A program made the position numbers and the translations under genes. From the NCBI GenBank assembly GCA_017938205.1, contig JAGBCA010000004.1, positions 434 to 64,433 of the forward strand: DNA of 64,000 nt, in the 5' to 3' direction. Source of the stretch: Clostridia bacterium. Lineage in GTDB: Bacteria > Bacillota > Clostridia > Oscillospirales > CAG-272. Below are positions 58,555 through 64,000 of the stretch, one piece after another. Each line of letters starts with the position of its first letter. Position 1 is the stretch's first letter. A model generated the notes under the pieces. That model searched no databases, had not been told where the DNA came from, and saw only the letters and a program-made list of their open reading frames with translations.

Positions 58555-60360
58555 TCAAAGCACCTTATAAAGAGGTCCATATGCGGCACAAGCTCTGTAA
58601 TCCTGCCCCTCTTTATCGCTACCGAAGGCGTTCCAAGCAGCGGGACGGAAAATATCCTTAGCTGCCACGTTGTGCATACAAACCGGAATGCGAAGCATGG
58701 ATGCCATCGTGATCAAATCAGCACCAATGTGACCGTAGCTGATAGCGCCGTGATTTGCACCCCAATGGTTCATCACCTCATAGGCATTTTCAAACGGCGA
58801 TCCGCTAACACCATCGCAACGAGGAACAAACCAAGTGCAAGGCCAAGTATAGTCCGTTCTCTTCCAAAGTGTATCCGTCACCTCGTCGGGTAAATCAACC
58901 GTCCAGCCCTCCGCAATTTGAAGCACGGGGCCAAGCCCCTTCACAAGGTTCAAACGGATCATCGTGCAAGGGATCTCAGCGTTCGTAACAAAACGGGACG
59001 AAAATCCACCGCCTCGGAAGTATCCTGCATCGGCAGGCGCCCATTCAACGGCATCCATAATCGCCTTTTGATCTTCGGCAGTTACGTTGTACCATTCCTT
59101 CATCAAGGCCGTTCCATCTGCATCCTTCGCACGGCAATTTGCATCCAGACAAGCGGCGCCGGAGTTGATCAGATGGATAAATCCGTCCGCTTCAGCCGCA
59201 CGCCCCTCGATTTCATACCCGGTCGCGCGTTTAACTGCCGCTCCCGACCAGTAGGTACGTACATCTGCAAAGATCTGCGCGCGGTTGGTCAGCAGCTTCA
59301 TAAAGAGCATTCCGATACCGTTGAGCGTATCGTTTTCGGTAGCAAGAATATAAGGCTCACGTGCTCCGTTCCAATCGAAGGAGGTATTCAAGATAGCCTC
59401 GCCAAAATCGCAGTTCGGATAAAAATCCGTCCATTGACGCTGTCCCTGGAAGCCTGCCGCGATCGCATTGTGACCAACGGCCTCTTCTTCACAGCCCTTA
59501 GGAAGATTTGCGTTTCCGTTCATAAGATCCTTGATGATCACAGCCATCAAAACGCAGAATTCAAAATCCTTCTGCTTTTGTTCATCCGATTTACGCAAGG
59601 AATCCGGGTTTTTATCAAATCCCATTTTACAGTTCTCTTTCGCCCATGCCAGTGCGCGTGCATATTCTTCCTTGTCGTAGATCCCCTCGCTCATGCGGCG
59701 GATCACCTCAACCTCATCCACCGATTCCACACGAAGTCCAAGATACTCCTCCATAAAACTTACATCGATCTGTGAGCCCGCAATGCCCATACAAAGCGAG
59801 CCGATCTGAAGGTAAGATTTGCCGCGCATCGTTGCAACGGCAACAGCCGCTCTGCCAAAGCGAAGCAGCTTTTCCGCAACGTCTGCCGGGATCGAAGAAT
59901 CGTCCGCGTCCTGAACGTCATGTCCGTAGATACCAAAAGCAGGCAAGCCCTTCTGTGCATGACCGGCCAGAACTGCAGCAAGGTATACTGCACCGGGACG
60001 CTCGGTTCCATTAAATCCCCAGACAGCCTTGATCGTATGAGGATCCATATCCATGGTTTCTGACCCGTAGCACCAGCACGGAGTTACCGTAATGGTAATG
60101 GCAACACCCTCTTTTTTAAACTTCTCTGCGCATGCAGCAGCCTCGGCTACACGGCCGATGGTTGTATCTGCAATTACAACGCGAACAGGATCTCCATTCG
60201 AATAGCGGAGATTCGCTTTAAGAAGCGCAGCAACACCATCTGCCATACGCATGGTTTGCTCTTCAAGAGACTCTCTTACACGAAGAGGACCGCGTCGTCC
60301 ATCGATCGTTGGACGAATTCCAATTACGGGATAATCACCGATCAATCTGTTTTTTGCCAT
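58555..60360 (-). CDS. fucI: L-fucose isomerase
   Basis: The 601-aa ORF has an N-terminal [11 protein letters not shown] and the size and overall sequence typical of FucI. Confidence 0.88.
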   Translation of the reverse strand: MAKNRLIGDYPVIGIRPTIDGRRGPLRVRESLEEQTMRMADGVAALLKANLRYSNGDPVRVVIADTTIGRVAEAAACAEKFKKEGVAITITVTPCWCYGSETMDMDPHTIKAVWGFNGTERPGAVYLAAVLAGHAQKGLPAFGIYGHDVQDADDSSIPADVAEKLLRFGRAAVAVATMRGKSYLQIGSLCMGIAGSQIDVSFMEEYLGLRVESVDEVEVIRRMSEGIYDKEEYARALAWAKENCKMGFDKNPDSLRKSDEQKQKDFEFCVLMAVIIKDLMNGNANLPKGCEEEAVGHNAIAAGFQGQRQWTDFYPNCDFGEAILNTSFDWNGAREPYILATENDTLNGIGMLFMKLLTNRAQIFADVRTYWSGAAVKRATGYEIEGRAAEADGFIHLINSGAACLDANCRAKDADGTALMKEWYNVTAEDQKAIMDAVEWAPADAGYFRGGGFSSRFVTNAEIPCTMIRLNLVKGLGPVLQIAEGWTVDLPDEVTDTLWKRTDYTWPCTWFVPRCDGVSGSPFENAYEVMNHWGANHGAISYGHIGADLITMASMLRIPVCMHNVAAKDIFRPAAWNAFGSDKEGQDYRACAAYGPLYKVL

Positions 60361-60470
60361 AAAAGTTCTCCTTTTTCATCAATACTTATTGACTTTATTA
60401 TAATTCAGTGATACAATTTAGTCAATCCATAAAACACATCAAAATCTTAACAAAACTTAGGTGGTATTCA

Positions 60471-61310
60471 ATGAACCCTTCCGTTTCTCTCTCATCCAAC
60501 GCCCATTACGACGATTTCGCGGTCTCTTTTGCAGAAAGAAGAGACGTAGGAGACGAATGGAATCTGATCGAATGGAATAAAAAGCATCTTGAGATCGATT
60601 GTCACCGTCTATATTACAGAACCGATCATAATGGCGGAAAAGCGATGCTGCACTTGATCGACCGAAGCATTGAATTAGAGGCAGGCAAGCTGTATTTTAT
60701 CCCCGCATTTACGATTCTTCAAAGCAAAATTGACGGACGGATGAATAAATATTACATTCATTTTCGTTCGAATTCCCCCGAATTACGGCTTCACCGCTTT
60801 TTATCCAATCAGTATTTTGTTGATAGTACGCCGATGACCGAAGCGCTTTTTGAGACAGTCATCGATAATTATACCAAAAACACGGTTCAGGCAGGCATGA
60901 AGGTTCGCGGAGCAATGCAGCTGTTGCTTTCTGATTTTTTTAAGGACAGCTCCTCTGCTCATAAGGATCTTTCGCGTTTTGAATCCGTTCTTTCTTATAT
61001 TGAAGAAAACTACAGCACAGATATTCCGCTCTCTTTCCTCGCATCTAAAATGAACGTAAGCACCATTTATTTCTCCAATTATTTCAAGGCAACCTTCCAT
61101 ATCAGCCCTAAACAATACATCTTAAATAAGCGACTCGCGGAAAGCCAACGCCTTCTCCTCGAAACCGATATGACCATCAGCGAAATTGCAGGCGCCGTTG
61201 GTTTTTCAAATGAAAACTATTTTTCTGAATATTTTTCTGAAAAAATTGGCATATCCGCATCCAAATATCGGCAGCGTGCTCTTCCAAAAAAACGAGAATC
61301 GATTTTTTAA
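60471..61310 (+). CDS. AraC-family transcriptional regulator
   Basis: It has a cupin-like N-terminus and a C-terminal double HTH (GFSNENYFSEYFSEKIGISASKYR). It is divergent from fucI. I chose the start at 60471, behind AGGTGG. Confidence 0.88.
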   Translation: MNPSVSLSSNAHYDDFAVSFAERRDVGDEWNLIEWNKKHLEIDCHRLYYRTDHNGGKAMLHLIDRSIELEAGKLYFIPAFTILQSKIDGRMNKYYIHFRSNSPELRLHRFLSNQYFVDSTPMTEALFETVIDNYTKNTVQAGMKVRGAMQLLLSDFFKDSSSAHKDLSRFESVLSYIEENYSTDIPLSFLASKMNVSTIYFSNYFKATFHISPKQYILNKRLAESQRLLLETDMTISEIAGAVGFSNENYFSEYFSEKIGISASKYRQRALPKKRESIF

Positions 61311-61321
61311 TTATAAAAAAC

Positions 61322-61360
61322 GCCATCCTCATATTATATTTTTTGAGGATGGCATTTTTT
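61322..61360. terminator. Hairpin terminator between convergent genes
   Basis: GCCATCCTC...GAGGATGGC flanked by A and T runs. Confidence 0.65.
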
Positions 61361-61383
61361 ATTGAATTTTTATCTTAGCAGAA

Positions 61384-61815
61384 TCATTTAGCGTAGAAAT
61401 ACATTGAATAACCGTCAAGGCTAATTGGTAAAGTTGGTTCTTCAGTACCATCTGCGTATGTGGTCATAGCAACTACCGCATGGCCTGTTTTGTTTCCTAT
61501 TGTTATACGGTACTCCGTGCCTTCGGGATTTCTACCCGATACGGTATAGCTTCCTTCGTAGATATTATCATTCGTAATATCTGTAATCCTGATCTTTCCA
61601 TCAATCGCATAGAGTCGCATATCAATCGTCTTTGCTTCGGGGTGCGTGCTGCTTTTTTCTGCTACCGCATCGTAGACAACTTGATCTCCCTCTACGTGCA
61701 TAATCGTCCGCATTTTCCATTCGTAATCTTCAATTTTTGTTCGTTCAAATCCGCAAGCAGAAAGAGTCAGCATCAATGATGCGATAAGCATAAGAATGGA
61801 TATTGTTTTCCTCAT
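61384..61815 (-). CDS. Putative lipoprotein
   Basis: It has a signal peptide with lipobox LTLSAC. It is translationally coupled to the upstream HTH membrane protein, with the stop and start 1 nt apart. Confidence 0.65.
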   Translation of the reverse strand: MRKTISILMLIASLMLTLSACGFERTKIEDYEWKMRTIMHVEGDQVVYDAVAEKSSTHPEAKTIDMRLYAIDGKIRITDITNDNIYEGSYTVSGRNPEGTEYRITIGNKTGHAVVAMTTYADGTEEPTLPISLDGYSMYFYAK

Positions 61816-61816
61816 T

Positions 61817-62353
61817 TTATCTTCTCCGCGTTTTGTAAACACCTATAACCGATACAACTGCAAGCATGGCCGCAATAACAATTCTGCCAAACTTTAAGTT
61901 TCCATTTCTAATATATATATCCGTCGGGCCGTCATAACCGCCTATATTCGAAACGTTTGAATCGATTTCATCCATAGCGTGTAGAAAATATATGTACTCA
62001 GTCAACACTCTTGCAATCAAAAGAAGCGTAAGCACAGCCAAAACAATAAATACGATCCTCCATACCTTTCTATGAGTTTCGTTTTTCTTTGCAAACTGCT
62101 CATTTAACATTTCAAGCTTGGCTGCTAATGCCTGTATTTCGTTCGTTTCGGTCGGCACTATAGCTTCTCCGAGCAGCATATTTACAGTTGTATCCAATTT
62201 CTCTGCAAGATTTATAAGCATTTCAGAGTCCGGAACGGATAATCCCTTCTCCCATTTTGAAATAGTCTGTCTGACAACGTTTAGTTCGATAGCCAATTCT
62301 TCTTGCGAAAGCCCTTTTGCTTTGCGGAGGTTCTTTATATTCTCACTTAACAT
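61817..62353 (-). CDS. Membrane-anchored XRE-family HTH protein
   Basis: It has an N-terminal HTH (NIKNLRKAKGLSQEELAIELNVVRQTISKWEKG) followed by two TM segments. I chose the start at 62353, behind AGGAGG. Confidence 0.75.
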   Translation of the reverse strand: MLSENIKNLRKAKGLSQEELAIELNVVRQTISKWEKGLSVPDSEMLINLAEKLDTTVNMLLGEAIVPTETNEIQALAAKLEMLNEQFAKKNETHRKVWRIVFIVLAVLTLLLIARVLTEYIYFLHAMDEIDSNVSNIGGYDGPTDIYIRNGNLKFGRIVIAAMLAVVSVIGVYKTRRR

Positions 62354-62454
62354 AGATAAATCCTCCTTTTCGATAATATTATACACCAAAATTTCCGTTG
62401 CATCAAGCAACGAATGTTAACATTGCTTTTTTGCGTGTTTTTTCTAAAGTTATA

Positions 62455-62479
62455 CCCTCGCTCCATTATAGAACGAGGG
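62455..62479 (-). repeat. Copy 1 of a conserved 25-nt hairpin motif
   Basis: CCCTCGCTCCATTATAGAACGAGGG lies just 3' of the stop of 62486..63475. A near-identical copy is at 63609-63633. Confidence 0.7.
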
Positions 62480-62485
62480 CATTTT

Positions 62486-63475
62486 TTAGTTCTTTTTATC
62501 TTTATCCGCTACCCAATTACATAGCATCATTACGATCGGAAACAAAACGCCGCCTATTGCAAAAACTAACCAAGAGATATGCCAATGATTTGTAAGGAAA
62601 CTCCATGTAAGATATATTGCCGTGAGAACGCCCCAATAGGCAAAGCCTACTGCTTCTTTTACGCTCGTTCTCTTTTTCTCTTTCTCGGTAAATTCTCCTT
62701 CTTTGAGTAGTTTCTGCATACTTGCATTTTGAACGCCCACAACAATGAAAATACTTGCGCCTATTCCCGCAACAATTATCAACAAAGCAAGCATCATTAT
62801 CGAAAGAAATTCATTATCCGCAAAAGCGGAGACGATCAACGGAATCGGAGAGAAAATGCACAGACAAGTCGCTATAATGTTGAACTTAATATATGTATCT
62901 CTAAACTTCTTTTTTCTTTCCGTTACCATTCCTTTGACGCCGTATTCAAGCTCAAACGGGATATTCTTATCGAGAAAGGCATACGGCTCATTCTTGAAGC
63001 CGCAATAAATGTAGATCGGAACGGCACACAAAACAAATGCAAACAGAACGGTTAAACCAATCGCCCCCGCCAGTGTTTCCGTCATAATCGGATCGGATAG
63101 CTCTGATAAAGTACTCAATACAATAAGAGCAATTGGAGAAAGGATGCATAAGAGAGTGGCAAGAGCAATACGAAAAGAGGCAAGTTTTCTCTGTTCAAGA
63201 TATGTATTTGCTTCTTCGATTGAAATCTTCTTTACAGATGTTTCCAAAGAAGCATCATTTGAAAATTCCTCATCCTCAATGTTATCCTTCAAAAGATAGT
63301 CCGTTGTGACACCGAATAACGTGCTAAGCTGCAATATCTTTTCCAAATCGGGAATGCTTTGTGCGCTCTCCCACTTGGAAACTGCTTGCCTGGATACGTT
63401 CATCTTTTCGGCAAGCTCCTCTTGTGACCATCCGTTCCTTTTTCGCAATCTGATAATTTTGTCAGCTAAAATCAT
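62486..63475 (-). CDS. Membrane-anchored XRE-family HTH protein (polytopic)
   Basis: It has an N-terminal HTH (IIRLRKRNGWSQEELAEKMNVSRQAVSKWES) followed by about six TM segments. Confidence 0.78.
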   Translation of the reverse strand: MILADKIIRLRKRNGWSQEELAEKMNVSRQAVSKWESAQSIPDLEKILQLSTLFGVTTDYLLKDNIEDEEFSNDASLETSVKKISIEEANTYLEQRKLASFRIALATLLCILSPIALIVLSTLSELSDPIMTETLAGAIGLTVLFAFVLCAVPIYIYCGFKNEPYAFLDKNIPFELEYGVKGMVTERKKKFRDTYIKFNIIATCLCIFSPIPLIVSAFADNEFLSIMMLALLIIVAGIGASIFIVVGVQNASMQKLLKEGEFTEKEKKRTSVKEAVGFAYWGVLTAIYLTWSFLTNHWHISWLVFAIGGVLFPIVMMLCNWVADKDKKN

Positions 63476-63608
63476 AAAACTACCTCATTTAACAATTTAG
63501 CAAAGCGCCATGCTTCACCGTGTCTTTATTATATCAAAAAACACAGTTGCGCGCCACCCCCCAATGGCTTTCAATGTGTCAACCATCGGTTGCTTTTATC
63601 TGATTGTT

Positions 63609-63633
63609 CCCTCGCTCCATTATGAATCGAGGG
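63609..63633 (-). repeat. Copy 2 of the conserved 25-nt hairpin motif
   Basis: CCCTCGCTCCATTATGAATCGAGGG lies just 3' of the stop of 63641..63910. Confidence 0.7.
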
Positions 63634-63640
63634 CTGTTTG

Positions 63641-63910
63641 CTAAGAAACAAAGAATACAACGATGGAACAAATGAATATAAATGCAGCCGTTCCGATACT
63701 GAAATAAGCTACCTTGCGACTATTGTTCCATTGCATATAGCTTTGGCAAAGCATAGTTACACCCATCAAAGGCATAAAGACGTTGATGGCCTGATCCCAA
63801 ATATCAAATATCTGCAATACCGCCAATACCACAACAGATAGGCTTGCAAGAACTGATATTACGGTAACGACCTTATGCAATAAGGGTGCGTCTTTCCAAT
63901 TTGTTTTCAT
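63641..63910 (-). CDS. Small 3-TM membrane protein, function unknown
   Basis: An 89-aa hydrophobic ORF with an AAGGAGAA RBS that overlaps the stop of the upstream partial ORF. Confidence 0.55.
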   Translation of the reverse strand: MKTNWKDAPLLHKVVTVISVLASLSVVVLAVLQIFDIWDQAINVFMPLMGVTMLCQSYMQWNNSRKVAYFSIGTAAFIFICSIVVFFVS

Positions 63911-63912
63911 TG

Positions 63913-64000
63913 TCAGTTCTCCTTTTCGGCAGTTGAGTTTTTGCTTGAAAATTTCTTCTTAAAGATCAGACCAGCAACGAAGAACGCCAAGCTCGGCAGA
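63913..64000 (-). CDS. Partial ORF (C-terminal end of a membrane protein; the start is outside the window)
   Basis: The minus frame reads ...LPSLAFFVAGLIFKKKFSSKNSTAEKEN-stop. The stop is adjacent to the next gene's start. Confidence 0.35.
   Translation of the reverse strand, partial: LPSLAFFVAGLIFKKKFSSKNSTAEKEN

Overview
This window looks like a chromosomal segment from a spore-forming Clostridia-type Firmicute. That call rests on gene content (spoIIID, cwlD-like amidase, pdaA-like deacetylase, a dacB/dacF-type carboxypeptidase), AGGAGG-type ribosome-binding sites and the yybS-gdpP-rplI-dnaB synteny. Most of it is densely packed housekeeping: clpX/clpP/tig, thrC, rnhB, rbgA, lepB, aspartate kinase, pgi, ftsH, tilS, dnaB, rplI, gdpP, recG, rarA, comEC, ychF, radA, an EF-G paralog and fucI. 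There are also three GH20-like glycosidases. A five-gene biotin-dependent Na+-decarboxylase cluster encodes both a 12S-like and a 5S-like carboxyltransferase. The only clearly accessory region is the divergent tRNA-Leu(UAG)/tRNA-Ser(GGA) locus at about 46.3-48.5 kb. It holds two tandem 137-bp structured units that each reuse the last 22 nt of tRNA-Leu. It also holds a GC-rich structured segment ending in an 11-nt copy of the tRNA-Ser 3' end. Finally it holds an AT-rich two-gene cassette of unknown function with its own consensus promoter, bracketed by roughly 60-nt direct repeats. I found no CRISPR array, transposase, rRNA or recognisable riboswitch. All functional calls come from reading the translated ORFs and recalling family motifs. 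No database search was run, so family names are provisional and the candidate novel items are hypotheses.
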